A DNA stretch of 64,000 bases from Ostreococcus lucimarinus. Lineage: Eukaryota. Below the pieces are notes generated by a model. The model worked only from the letters and a program-made list of their open reading frames with translations. It was not told where the DNA came from and made no database searches. This document shows positions 1 to 10,079 of this stretch, piece by piece. The stretch's first letter is position 1. Each line of letters begins with the position of its first letter. Both the position numbers and the translations under genes were made by a program. The DNA lies in the NCBI GenBank assembly GCA_000092065.1, contig CP000584.1. The stretch is one strand, 5' to 3'.

Positions 1-545
1 CACGCCCAGCACGCACGCGAGCGCGTCCAATCCCCAGCCGCGTCCGCGTCCTCGCGTCCGCGTCTCCCCCAACAACGGCGTGGACGCGTCCGCGCCCGAA
101 AATCCGAGGCGCGCTCGAGATCCGAGACCCGCGCCCGAATACCGACCCATCTCTCACGTCCTCGCGTTCCCGCGCGCTTTCGTCCTCGCTCGCGTCGTTC
201 GCACGCGTCGAAAGTTCGCACGCGTCGTTCGCGGAACGTTCTCACGCCGCGCGCGGATCGCGTCGCCGGTTTCGCGCGTCGCCGGTCGCGCGCGTCTTTC
301 ACCGTCGCGTCGTCGCGTCGAACGAGGTCGATCGCGCGCGCGAGTGGCGACGCGCGCGCGCGTCGCGGCAATCGAGCGTAACACCAAACGCGCGGTCGGT
401 CGCCGAAATCGTAAAGCACGTCGCACTGCGTGCGCATACCGACGGATCACGACTCAACGGTCCGGGGACTCGACGCCGACGCGAAAACGACCGTTGGCGT
501 CGCGGCGACGCGCGCGGCGACGCGACACACGACGACGCGCGCGCG

Positions 546-3500
546 ATGCGCGCGAATCGCACGCCGACGACGATGCGAAAACGCGCGTTCGGCGCCGAGG
601 TGACGAACTCTCCCGACGCGCGCGACGCGCGCGATGGAGGTCGAACGACGACGCCGAACGACGCGAAGACGCGCGCGATGTCGACGCCGAGAGGGACGGG
701 CGCGGTGACGCCGCGAGCGACGCTGACGCCGCGAGCGAGCGCGCTGCTGCGAGATCAGCGACAGTTGGCGTCGCCGCTTCGAGCGGCGATATCGCCGACG
801 CGACCGAGCTCGATGGTGAAGTCGAGCGTGAAGTCGAGCGAGAGCGCGACGAAGCGGGACGCGGCGCGGTTGCGCGAGCTGAATTCGATGCTGTTGAAAC
901 AGTTGTCGACGGCGCGGTCGGCGGCGGCGGAGGCGGAGAGCGCGAGGGAGACACTCGGGGAGGCGATGGCGCGGGAGGTGGCGAAGTCGAAGACGCTGGC
1001 GAAGGATGTGGAGGATAAGGCGGAGGCGCTGCGCGCGGCGGCGAAGCGAGCGAAGAAGGAAAGTAAGGATTCGGCGGAGGACGTCAAGGCGGAGGCGGAG
1101 CGATTGCGAACGTTGAACGCGAGGCTTATGAAGGAGGTTTCCATCGCGAGAGCGGTGGTGAAGGCTCGAGAGCACGAGGAGGCGACTTTGAAGGCAATCG
1201 CGGGGAAATCGGACGAGCGCGCCAACGCGCTCGAGGCTGAGATTGACGCCAAGCAACGGACGCTCGAAAGAGTTCAACTCGCGCTAGTTTCGGCGACAGA
1301 GCGAGCTGCGGATAGCTTGCGAGCAAATATGAAGGTGGAGAAGCTCGCCGAGACGAACGCGGTGTTGATGGGCGAGTTGGCTGCGTTGCGCGAATCCGCG
1401 GCGAGCGATTCCCAGGCGCTGCGCGCGCAAATCGCCGCCAAATCGGATGCCTTGATCGAGGCCAAGGCCGATCTCGCGGCCGCGGAGGACGAGGTCAATG
1501 CGCTGAGCGGCGCGAAATCCGACGTTGATAACCTTCGTTCTCTGAACGCGACGCTGATGCAGCAAATAAAGTCTCTTCGTTTCAAGGCTGACGAGGCGCT
1601 CGACGTCTCTCGCGCGCTCGAGGGCAAGGAACGCGAATTGGCCAAGGTGTGCGATGATCTGAAGGTTGCTGAAGACGCCAAGAGCGCGGCTGAGGACGAC
1701 GTCATGAAGTTGCGACAACTCAACGTGACGTTGCTTCAACAAATCTCCGCGCTTAAGGAGAATTCAGAGGTGGACGGAGCGGCGCTCGAAGCCAAGCAGT
1801 CGGAACTCGAGGCGGCGCAAATGGCGCTCGAACTCGTCGAAGAGGAACAAGAGCGCACGCAGAACGACGTCACGAAGCTTCGCGAATTGAACACCGTCAT
1901 CATGTCTCAAGTCAAAACGCTGAAGAAGTCGTCCTTGGATGATCGAGCAGCGTTCAAGGCGGACATGGATGCCAAGAATGCCGAGTTGTCGCGCGCGCGT
2001 GTCGAACTCGCGCGACTCGAACAGTCCAACGGCACGTCCGAAAGTGCTCTCGAAAAGGCTCGCATGAGACAAGCGGCGTTGGACGGCGAAGTCACGACTT
2101 TGAAAAAGATTGCTGAAGAGAACATGGCGACGAACGCGCATCTCACCGGCCAAATCGAAGCAAAACAGCTCGAACTCGCCGATGTCAAGGAATCTCTCGC
2201 GACGGCCGAGGCCAAGGCTGCGAAACTCGAAGCGGCAGAATATGACGTATCCAAGCTTCGCGAGCTGAACTCTGTCCTCATCGCGCAAGTGAAGACGTTG
2301 CGATCCGTCGAAGCGGAGAATGCGTCTCTCACCGCGGCCTTGCGCTCGCGCTCAGCTGAGCTCGAAAAAGCGCAGCTTCAACTCGCTGCCGCCGAGCGTG
2401 CCAAGGCTACAGGTGAAAAGGTTTCGGAAAGTGAAATCGCCAACTTGCGCGAGCTCAACACGCGCATCATCCAGCGCATGGGCGAGGTAAAGGAGGAGCA
2501 GGAAAAGAAGTTCCAACAACTCATCGACACGAAGACGCTTGAGCTTGCGAGTGTCAAGGCGGAGCTGGCAGAGGCGACGAAGGAGCTCGCCATCGGTCGC
2601 AAAGATGCGATGGCGCTCGAAAAATCGCTCGAAAAGTTGAGAACGATGAATGCAGAGTTGAACGGGTCGATCAAGGCGTTGGAAGCGGAGATTGAGGGCG
2701 AGAAGAAAGCGACGCTTGAGATGCGCCAGGCGATTCTCGACGCGCAGGCAGAGTGCGCTAGTCTCAAAGGGCGTTTGTCGGCGAAAGACGACGAACTCGA
2801 ATCTGCATGGTCTGCGCTTATGTGTGTGAACGCCGATTTGAAACACGCTTTGCACGACGCCACGGGTATGCGTGCTCTGGCGGAGAAGCGCCACGGAGAG
2901 CTCGAAGAGGCGAACGTCAACGTCGATCGCTTGCGTGAGCTGAATCACATGATGATTGAACGTCTGCACAACGCCAAGAAGGCTGCGCTCGAAGCGGAGG
3001 CATTGAACGCTGAATTTGCCGCCGCGCGTACTCAAGCCGAAGTTACGGTTCGTTCAGAAGAGGCGAAGGTTGCCGCGCTTGAACAAAAGCTCAAGGAGAA
3101 GGACGAGGAGTACGCGACGACGACGCTCGCGCTGCGCGCCGAGATGGAATCCGGAAACTCAGCCTCCGCGCAACGTTTGGCCAATCTCCAAGCGCAAATG
3201 CATTCCCAGACCCACTCGCTTGAGCGCCAACTCGAGTACGCCAACTTGGACCTGCAAAAGGTTCAACGATCGGAGGCGGCGCACATTGAAGACCAACGGC
3301 GAAGCGCCGAAGAAATCGAATCTCTCGTCGCGCAACTCGAGCTCACGGAGAGCGACGCGAAGAAGGACGCCAACGCGATGAACAAACATATCTTCGCCCT
3401 CCAATCCAAGGTAGCCGCGCACGAAGCATCCAATAAAGCCTTGACGAAGAAGTTGAACTCGTCCAAAGCTGAGATCAAAGCGCTCGAGCAAAAGCTCGCC

Positions 3501-4400
3501 GACGCGCAAAGCACGTCGAGCAAGAGATGGACTGATTTGGCTGCGGCATCGCGAGATTTACAAGAAGCGTTTACAGCCAACAAAGTTAAAGATACCATCA
3601 TTGCAACCATGCGCACAGAACTCAAGGAGCTCACGAACACGGCTGAGTACTTCACCCGACTCGCGCGAGAGCACGGCGAAGAGGCGAAAGACTTCAGCGT
3701 CAAGTTATCGCAAGCGGAGGGTCAAGTCGTCTCGCAAGAGAAACGAATCGGACACCTCTGCGCGTCGTTGGAAGAAACCGAGATCGCGCGAAACGAGTTG
3801 TCCCAGAAGGTTGTCGCGCTCGAGCGCAAGGGTGGCGTCGCAGAGATGACCATTCGCGCCGCTGCTGAGCACCTGTATAAAGCGAACGAACGCGCGCGGT
3901 CTTTGGAGCACCAACTCAAATCGGAACGCGCTGATTTTGAGCGAACGCAAGCGGCGTTGACTGAAACGCTGAACGCTGCCGAACGTTCTATGGAAGCCAA
4001 CATGCAAATCATTTGCGACCTCGAAGCCAAGTACCAAGAAACTTTGCAGCTCTTACTCGTCGAGCGCGAGCACAGTGCCGAAGTGCGCGACGAGATGCGC
4101 AAGGAACTTCAATTCGTCAACGAAGAGCTCGACGCCACGTCTGCGGATCTCGAAATCATGATTGAACGGAATAACTCTGGCATCTTGCTCAAAGTCGCGG
4201 ACAACGCGATGTGCAAGCTTGTGTTCTCCGCCGCGCCAAAGATTTCTGCGCGCGGCGTCAAAGCCGTCATTCGTCTCGGCATGCTCGGCGGTATCGCCGC
4301 GTTGATTGGTCAAACCGTGCGTCAACTCAAGACTAAGGTGGTCGACAAAGCCACCTCGCAAACGCCGCGCGCGTCTTTCCGCTTCGCCTTCCGAGGTTGA
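546..4400 (+). CDS. Long coiled-coil protein (1284 aa) with nine periodic [KR]LRELN heptad-type repeats and a single C-terminal transmembrane helix (tail-anchored architecture)
   Basis: One uninterrupted ORF. It has a repeated ~70-90 aa module, each copy containing K/R-L-R-E-L-N-x-x-[LIM] (KLRELNSML, RLRTLNARL, NLRSLNATL, KLRQLNVTL, KLRELNTVI, KLRELNSVL, NLRELNTRI, KLRTMNAEL, RLRELNHMM). Composition is Ala/Glu/Lys/Leu-rich. The C-terminal hydrophobic segment GVKAVIRLGMLGGIAALIGQTV is followed by a short basic tail. The start could be Met at 546 or Met at 573. Confidence 0.6.
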   Translation: MRANRTPTTMRKRAFGAEVTNSPDARDARDGGRTTTPNDAKTRAMSTPRGTGAVTPRATLTPRASALLRDQRQLASPLRAAISPTRPSSMVKSSVKSSESATKRDAARLRELNSMLLKQLSTARSAAAEAESARETLGEAMAREVAKSKTLAKDVEDKAEALRAAAKRAKKESKDSAEDVKAEAERLRTLNARLMKEVSIARAVVKAREHEEATLKAIAGKSDERANALEAEIDAKQRTLERVQLALVSATERAADSLRANMKVEKLAETNAVLMGELAALRESAASDSQALRAQIAAKSDALIEAKADLAAAEDEVNALSGAKSDVDNLRSLNATLMQQIKSLRFKADEALDVSRALEGKERELAKVCDDLKVAEDAKSAAEDDVMKLRQLNVTLLQQISALKENSEVDGAALEAKQSELEAAQMALELVEEEQERTQNDVTKLRELNTVIMSQVKTLKKSSLDDRAAFKADMDAKNAELSRARVELARLEQSNGTSESALEKARMRQAALDGEVTTLKKIAEENMATNAHLTGQIEAKQLELADVKESLATAEAKAAKLEAAEYDVSKLRELNSVLIAQVKTLRSVEAENASLTAALRSRSAELEKAQLQLAAAERAKATGEKVSESEIANLRELNTRIIQRMGEVKEEQEKKFQQLIDTKTLELASVKAELAEATKELAIGRKDAMALEKSLEKLRTMNAELNGSIKALEAEIEGEKKATLEMRQAILDAQAECASLKGRLSAKDDELESAWSALMCVNADLKHALHDATGMRALAEKRHGELEEANVNVDRLRELNHMMIERLHNAKKAALEAEALNAEFAAARTQAEVTVRSEEAKVAALEQKLKEKDEEYATTTLALRAEMESGNSASAQRLANLQAQMHSQTHSLERQLEYANLDLQKVQRSEAAHIEDQRRSAEEIESLVAQLELTESDAKKDANAMNKHIFALQSKVAAHEASNKALTKKLNSSKAEIKALEQKLADAQSTSSKRWTDLAAASRDLQEAFTANKVKDTIIATMRTELKELTNTAEYFTRLAREHGEEAKDFSVKLSQAEGQVVSQEKRIGHLCASLEETEIARNELSQKVVALERKGGVAEMTIRAAAEHLYKANERARSLEHQLKSERADFERTQAALTETLNAAERSMEANMQIICDLEAKYQETLQLLLVEREHSAEVRDEMRKELQFVNEELDATSADLEIMIERNNSGILLKVADNAMCKLVFSAAPKISARGVKAVIRLGMLGGIAALIGQTVRQLKTKVVDKATSQTPRASFRFAFRG

Positions 4401-4513
4401 TTGTTTATTTCGTCGTGTCGGCGTCGCGTTTCATTAATATTAACACGCAGCGCCTCACAAAGCCACGCTGAACGACACCGCCTCGCGCCTTCGAGTTCGC
4501 CTTCGTAGACCAA

Positions 4514-5446
4514 ATGCGCCTGGTGTCGTCACCGACCGCGTGCGCTCCGCACCGCGCGCACGCGCGCCGTCGTCGCGGCGTTTCCGTCGCCTCGACGAGC
4601 GCCTCGTGTCCCGAGCTGTCGCGCGTTTTAGACGTCATCACCACGCGCGGTACGCCGTTCGCGCTCGCGCGCGACGACATCGCCGAAAATTGCGTACACA
4701 TCACAGACATACGCGCGACGCGCGGGCGCGACGACGTCGCGGCGATGCACGAGCGGTACGTTGAGAGAGCCGGGACGGATTTGAGAGAAGTATCTCACGC
4801 GACGGTGTCGTTGCGGGCGGTGGCGCAGAACGAGTACGTGGTGCAGTGGTCGACAACCTTCGTGCCAGAAAAGATGAAGTTTTTGTACGATTTAGCGCTG
4901 AATTGGCCGCTCGGGGCGTTGGAGATCGAGAAGAAAGACATCCTCGATCGACAAGGCGAGATTAGCAAGTTTACGTATCGCGCGTTATTCGCTCTGCTCA
5001 AACGCGCCGCTCTGGAGGGAAAGATGCGGATCCCGATAGCAAAAATTGAGGGTGCGAGTCGCCTAGTATTTGACGGCGGAAAACTCGAGCGGCACGAGGA
5101 ATCGCTGACGCTCGTGTCCGCGATTAACGCGGGTCGCGTTCGCAACAAGCGCGTCGCGCGAGACCTACTCGAGTACCTCGATTGCCGCAAACCTCCCGGG
5201 ACGTCGTTAGAAGCGTGGGACGACGCGGTGCTAGAAAAGTGCGATTATTACTCCGTGCCTGGAATGCGTCAGCTCGACGTGGACGGCATGGATGCGACGT
5301 CTTCCAACGTCGAAGACGCCACCGCCGTGCTCGGCTTCTTCACGCTCGTCACCATCGCATTCGGTTTCGGTTTCGGCGCGTGGTACATGCACGGCGTGCA
5401 ACAAGAAGCCGTGTTCCGACAAATGCTCGCCGAAGGCGCGTATTGA
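4514..5446 (+). CDS. Hypothetical protein with C-terminal transmembrane anchor (310 aa)
   Basis: ORF with coding-like codon bias. The C-terminal hydrophobic helix AVLGFFTLVTIAFGFGFGAWYM is followed by a short tail. I recognise no family. The true start may be an internal Met. Confidence 0.35.
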   Translation: MRLVSSPTACAPHRAHARRRRGVSVASTSASCPELSRVLDVITTRGTPFALARDDIAENCVHITDIRATRGRDDVAAMHERYVERAGTDLREVSHATVSLRAVAQNEYVVQWSTTFVPEKMKFLYDLALNWPLGALEIEKKDILDRQGEISKFTYRALFALLKRAALEGKMRIPIAKIEGASRLVFDGGKLERHEESLTLVSAINAGRVRNKRVARDLLEYLDCRKPPGTSLEAWDDAVLEKCDYYSVPGMRQLDVDGMDATSSNVEDATAVLGFFTLVTIAFGFGFGAWYMHGVQQEAVFRQMLAEGAY

Positions 5447-5525
5447 CGTCGTTTTTCTGTATCGATTATTACACAAAGAAGACGCGTCTCCTCCGCCCCG
5501 CGCGCGCGTCTCGTCGTACCCCCCC

Positions 5526-5963
5526 TCATCGTCCCGGCGGTCGCATTCCCGGCGGCGGTCCTCCTCCCGGCATCATCATCCCCACCGGCGGTCCTCCCAC
5601 TCGCGGCGCCCCCATCGCGGTCGCCGGCGGCATCCCTCGTCCCGCCCCGCTCGCCGTCCCCGTCCCCGCGCTCGCGATTCTCGCCTTTTTCCCGCTCCCC
5701 ACCGGCGGTCCCTCCACCGTCAGCGACACCACTTCCTCGCCCCGGACCAGCACGAATCCCAGCACCCGTCGCACGTGTCGCTCGTCCTCGTCGACGCCCT
5801 TCTTCGGCGGCAGCTTCCGATGCTCCTCGCAATCGCTCAGCACGACGTTGACGTGCCGATCGAACGCGGTGAACGTGCCGACGAGCGCGCGTCCGTCGAC
5901 GAGGGTGACGCGCACGCGGTGGTTGATGAAGGCGAGCATCTTGCTCGTGCGCGAGACGCCCAT
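5526..5963 (-). CDS. SNRPB: Small nuclear ribonucleoprotein-associated protein B (SmB/B', LSm fold)
   Basis: The N-terminus SKMLAFINHRVRVTLVDGRALVGTFTAFDRHVNVVLSDCEEHR matches the Sm1/Sm2 motifs of SmB. The C-terminus has the SmB-specific Pro-rich PPGMRPP-type repeats (GGPPPGMRPPGR). Confidence 0.85.
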   Translation of the reverse strand: MGVSRTSKMLAFINHRVRVTLVDGRALVGTFTAFDRHVNVVLSDCEEHRKLPPKKGVDEDERHVRRVLGFVLVRGEEVVSLTVEGPPVGSGKKARIASAGTGTASGAGRGMPPATAMGAPRVGGPPVGMMMPGGGPPPGMRPPGR

Positions 5964-6100
5964 GGCGAGCGTCGCTCGGCGCGCGCGCGTGTGCCGCGCG
6001 CGGCGCCGCGCGGCGGCGCGGGGTCGCGGGATGGGTTTGTCGGGTGTATGTATTTAGGGTTTACGTTGATAGTCGTATGCGCGCGTAGAGTATACGTGTC

Positions 6101-8143
6101 GTGCGCGTGTATTCGACGGGTGGTGACTCAACGCGAGGGGGGTCGGGCGCGCGCGACGCCCGGGTGTTTCCGACACTCGCCGACGCGCGCGCGATGCTCG
6201 ACCTCGTCGCGGGCGTCGCGCTGTGGGCGAGCCCGCCGGCGATCAAGTTCCCGGGACTCGTCGTCCTCGGCGTCGCGCGACGCGCGAGGGCGCGAAAGCG
6301 CGACGATGGGACGCACCGACGCGATGACGACGACGCGGGCGCGCGCGACCGCGCGGTCGATCTGCGCTGGCGCGACGTCGCGCTGACGATTCGCGACAAG
6401 AAAACGACGCGCGCGAGGCGCGTGCTCGAGGCGTGCGACGGCGAGGCCAGGGCGGGGCGATTGCTGGCGATCATGGGACCGAGCGGGGCGGGGAAGTCGT
6501 CGCTGCTGAACGCGCTCGCGGGACAGACGCCGCGGAGCGCGAGGGCGACGCTGCGAGGCGCGCTCGAGGCGAACGGACGGCGCGCGAACGGTGGGGGTGG
6601 GTTTAAAAAGGCGTACGTGCAGCAGGAGGATGCGTTTTACTCGATGCTGACGTGTCGGGAGACGCTGGAGACGGCGGCGCGGTTGGGAGGCGCGAGCGAC
6701 GTGCGAGCGACGACGGAGCGGTTGTTGAACGATCTTGGGTTGGTGGCGTGCGCGGATACGCGCGTGGGAGACGGGAAAACGCGCGGGATCAGCGGAGGAG
6801 AGAAGAAGCGGTTGGCGCTTGGGGTGCAGTTGGTTGGCGCGCCGAGCGTGATTTTCGCCGACGAACCGACGAGCGGGTTGGATTCTTTCCAAGCCGAGCG
6901 CGTGATGAAGACGCTGTCCAAATTGGCGCGCGAGGGTGGTAAAACCATCGTTTGTTCGATTCATCAGCCGCGATCGAGCATCGTGGATTTGTTCGATGAC
7001 TTGTACTTGCTCGCCGGCGGGCGATGCGCGTACTTTGGACCGATGAAGTCGGCGCGCGAGTGGTTCGGATCCACCGCCGGTCACGCGATACCGTCCGACG
7101 TGAACGTGGCGGAGTATCTCATCGATCTCGTGAGTATCGATGCGACGTCGGCGGAGACGATAACGGCGACGGAAAAGCGCGTCGCGAGCATCGTCGCCGC
7201 GATGAAGTCGTCGCCGCCGAGGCTCGCCGACGCGAGCGCGGACGCCGGGAAGCGAGACTCTAGCGACGCTTTACCCGTCGTCGACGGCAAGCGCGTCGGA
7301 TTTTGGGGACAGTTTCCGTTACTTTTAACGCGTTCCTGGCGACAAGTCACTCGGGACAAGGCGACGAACCGGGTGCGTTTCATGACGTCGCTCAACAGCG
7401 CCATGGTTTTCGGATCCATCTTTTGGAAAATGTCGCTGAAACAAACCGCAATTCAGGACCGAATGGGCCTGCTGCAAGTCTCCGCGATCAACGCCGCGAT
7501 GAGCGCGTTGATGAAAACCCTCACCGCGTTCACGAAGGAGAAGGTCATCGTGAACAGAGAGCGCGCGAGCGCGGCGTACGGCGTCTTGCCGTATTTCACG
7601 TCAAAGCTCGTCGCCGAGCTGCCAATCGGCGCCTTCTTTCCACTCGCCTTCGGCGCGTGCGTGTACCCGATGGCTGGCTTGCATCCGACGCTCGGGCACT
7701 TTGCACGATTTTGCGGCATCTTGACTCTCGAATCGTTCTCCTCCGCGGCGATGGGATTGGCCATCAGCTCCGTGGCGCCGAGCACCGACGCCGCCGTCGC
7801 CATGGGACCCGCGGTCATGGTTCTCTTCATCGTCTTCGGTGGTTACTACGTCAACCCCGACAACGTCCCGATCTATTTCAAGTGGCTCAACAAGTGTTCG
7901 CTCATTAAGTGGGCGTTCCAAGGCTTGTGCGTCAACGAGTTCACCGGGCTGGAGTTTGAAGCCAAGCGCCCCTTCGACCAAAAAACCGGCGAAGACGTTC
8001 TCGCGCGTCTCTCTTTCCAAGACGCCACCGCGATGTCGAGCCTCAAGGCGCAGGGAAACATTCTTTCGTTCCTGTACTTGTTGACGCTATATTTGCTCGA
8101 CACCACTGGACCCAAGTTTTGCGTCATGGAGCCTCCGGAATAA
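6101..8143 (+). CDS. ABCG (white/brown-complex type) half-transporter, NBD-TMD order
   Basis: It has the Walker A motif LLAIMGPSGAGKSSLLNALAG and the ABC signature ISGGEKKRLALGVQL, followed by Walker B IFADEPTSGLD. About six hydrophobic segments follow the NBD. The start may instead be the Met at 6194. Confidence 0.85.
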   Translation: MRVYSTGGDSTRGGSGARDARVFPTLADARAMLDLVAGVALWASPPAIKFPGLVVLGVARRARARKRDDGTHRRDDDDAGARDRAVDLRWRDVALTIRDKKTTRARRVLEACDGEARAGRLLAIMGPSGAGKSSLLNALAGQTPRSARATLRGALEANGRRANGGGGFKKAYVQQEDAFYSMLTCRETLETAARLGGASDVRATTERLLNDLGLVACADTRVGDGKTRGISGGEKKRLALGVQLVGAPSVIFADEPTSGLDSFQAERVMKTLSKLAREGGKTIVCSIHQPRSSIVDLFDDLYLLAGGRCAYFGPMKSAREWFGSTAGHAIPSDVNVAEYLIDLVSIDATSAETITATEKRVASIVAAMKSSPPRLADASADAGKRDSSDALPVVDGKRVGFWGQFPLLLTRSWRQVTRDKATNRVRFMTSLNSAMVFGSIFWKMSLKQTAIQDRMGLLQVSAINAAMSALMKTLTAFTKEKVIVNRERASAAYGVLPYFTSKLVAELPIGAFFPLAFGACVYPMAGLHPTLGHFARFCGILTLESFSSAAMGLAISSVAPSTDAAVAMGPAVMVLFIVFGGYYVNPDNVPIYFKWLNKCSLIKWAFQGLCVNEFTGLEFEAKRPFDQKTGEDVLARLSFQDATAMSSLKAQGNILSFLYLLTLYLLDTTGPKFCVMEPPE

Positions 8144-8258
8144 CCCTTCAACTTAATAACGACTTTGATCAACCAAAAAAAACGCTTCGATGTAAAAACG
8201 CCCGCGCGGGCGCGACACAACGCGACGCATTCGCGCGCGCCCACGCGCCGCGCGCGCG

Positions 8259-9138
8259 ATGAAACGCCGCGACTCGCTCGACGATAGCGCGATGTCCCGA
8301 ACGTCGTCCTCGTCGTCCCCTCGCGCGCCGCGCACGCGCGTCGAGCTGAAAGAAATCGGCAACGAAGCGTTTCGCTCGCAAAAGTTTCAACAGGTGCGCG
8401 AGGCGCCGCGCGGACCGTCAGCGCGAACGCTCGACTGACGCGCGCGCGCCGCAGGCCATCGACGCGTACACGTATGCGCTCGAGAAGTACGGCGAAGACG
8501 TGGCCACGCTCACCAATCTCAGCGCGACGTACTTGGAATTGGGCGAGTACGAGCTCGCGGCGGCCACGGCGAACCGCGCGCTCGAGGAAAACGCGGCGTG
8601 GAGAAAAGGGTACCACCGCATGGGAGTGGCGTATGAGAAAATGGGTAAGAAGCGCGAGGCGATGGAGGTGTACAGGCGTGGAATCGCGCGGTGTGGGGTC
8701 AACGCGCAGATGCAGGGTCGATTGGACGCGCTCGCGGCGGCTACGGCGCGCGAGGAGGCGTCGCCCGAGGAATTAAAGGCACGAGGGAATGCATTTCTTC
8801 GAGAAGGCGACACCGTGCGCGCGGAGGAGACGTACACGTTAGCGATTGACAAGGGCGACGCGACGGGAGCGACACTCGTGGCGCTATACAACAACAGAGC
8901 CGAAGCGCGACGGCGAGCTGGCGCGTACGACGCCGTCGTCGAAGACTGCACTAAAGTCTTGGAGCTTGATCCTCGAAACTTAAAGGCCACCCTTCGTCGC
9001 GGCGGGACGTACGAAATCCTCGAGAAGTACTCGCGGGCGTGCGAGGATTACGAATTCGCGCTCGAGATCGATCCCATGGATCCTTGTCGCGTGCGTACTC
9101 GGTTGGCGAGATGTCGAAGCCTCGCGCGCGGCGCGTAA
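8259..9138 (+). CDS. TPR-repeat protein (co-chaperone-type TPR), two exons
   Basis: The gene model is join(8259..8393, 8455..9138). The 61-nt intron starts GTGCGCG and ends CGCAG, and it preserves the reading frame. Across the junction the protein reads ...EIGNEAFRSQKFQQ|AIDAYTYALEKYG..., a canonical TPR helix pair. Further TPR motifs follow (LKARGNAFLREGD..., LYNNRAEARRRAGAYDAVVEDCTKVLELDPRNLKA). Confidence 0.6.
8394..8454 (+). other. Intron (61 nt, GT..AG) of the TPR gene
   Basis: The upstream ORF runs into an in-frame stop unless this segment is spliced out. The segment is flanked by GTGCGCG...CGCAG, and removing it yields a continuous TPR motif. Confidence 0.55.
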
Positions 9139-9182
9139 GAGCGTTGTTACAGGGTCTAAACTCGCTAATTCGTGCTATGCTT

Positions 9183-10079
9183 TCACTGTATCGCGCGATA
9201 CAAAGTGATTTCTTGTTGTTTGAAGTACCGCCTGTCCCACTCGTCCACGAGAACGAGGTTGAGATAATACTTGACGCTGAACCGATTGTTTACGTTTTTG
9301 TACGTCGGTGTCAAATCGTACGGCGACAAAAACAGCCGCACCGGAATCGACTCTCCTCGCACGGGCGCCCCGTCCATGACTTCGTACTTTGCAATCGTCT
9401 CGCTTTCGTTGTGCGCGCTCGCTCCGCCCTCCGTGCTCTCCCGTCGCCGAATCTCAAGCTCCATGTGTTTGATTTTTATCTTCACCAACAAAAAGTAAAT
9501 CTTCCCAACGACGACGTCTTTCAACGAATACTTCGCCCTGGCGTACTCAAACTCGATGTGCAAACAATCCTCGATCCCAACCTCCATTCGAATCGAATTA
9601 TTCATCTCTGGCACCGCGGGCACGGGATTTTGCACCCAGAACTTGAACTCTTGCGCGACGCCGCTCGCGTACGACCGACTCACGACGACGCGCAGAAAAT
9701 ATCTCAACCGCACGTTTATCCCGTGGTAACTCTCGTGCTGCATCTCGACGTGTTTAAACTCAAATCCCAAGCTCTTCGGCGCGCTCAGTTCTCCCGGCGG
9801 TTCGAGGTCTCGCGTCGACGCCAAAAAATCGACGACGGATCTATCGCCGTACCGTTCAATCTGTCCGATCAACTCCACGCGCACGCCGCGGTGTTCAAAC
9901 TTTTTGCCGGGTATCGGCGCGACGTGCACCTTGCCCACGATCGTCTGTCCCGTGGAGAACAGCGGGAGGTGCTCGTGCGCGGTGCCTTGCTCGTTTTTCA
10001 CGCTCACCATCGGTTGGGCGTCCCCGGCGTCGTGCGTGAGGTCGACGGTGCACACCTTGCCGAAACCGAGGAACGACAT
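9183..10079 (-). CDS. VPS26: Vacuolar protein sorting-associated protein 26 (retromer subunit)
   Basis: It is 298 aa with full-length similarity to VPS26 (MSFLGFGK...; the HVAPIPGKKFEHRGVRVELIGQIE region; the arrestin-like fold signature IEFEYARAKYSLKDVVVGKIYFLLVKIKIKHMELEIRRRE). Confidence 0.9.
   Translation of the reverse strand: MSFLGFGKVCTVDLTHDAGDAQPMVSVKNEQGTAHEHLPLFSTGQTIVGKVHVAPIPGKKFEHRGVRVELIGQIERYGDRSVVDFLASTRDLEPPGELSAPKSLGFEFKHVEMQHESYHGINVRLRYFLRVVVSRSYASGVAQEFKFWVQNPVPAVPEMNNSIRMEVGIEDCLHIEFEYARAKYSLKDVVVGKIYFLLVKIKIKHMELEIRRRESTEGGASAHNESETIAKYEVMDGAPVRGESIPVRLFLSPYDLTPTYKNVNNRFSVKYYLNLVLVDEWDRRYFKQQEITLYRAIQ

Noticed and set aside
80-1277. ORFs 80..1018 (+), 447..1277 (-) and 454..954 (-) in the first kilobase. 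These are long Arg/Ala/Ser-rich translations.
   Set aside because: Their composition is typical of out-of-frame or antisense translation of GC-rich DNA (RRRARR runs). They overlap the real coiled-coil gene starting at 546 and show no domain similarity. They are treated as shadow ORFs. Positions 1-545 are most likely 5' UTR or promoter, or the tail of an upstream gene.
5182-6474. ORFs 5182..6057 (+), 5292..6386 (+), 5269..5832 (-) and 6061..6474 (-), about 140-360 aa, overlapping the SmB/ABCG region.
   Set aside because: They are Arg/Pro/Ser-rich out-of-frame translations of the SmB Pro-rich tail and the ABCG N-terminus. They have no independent support.
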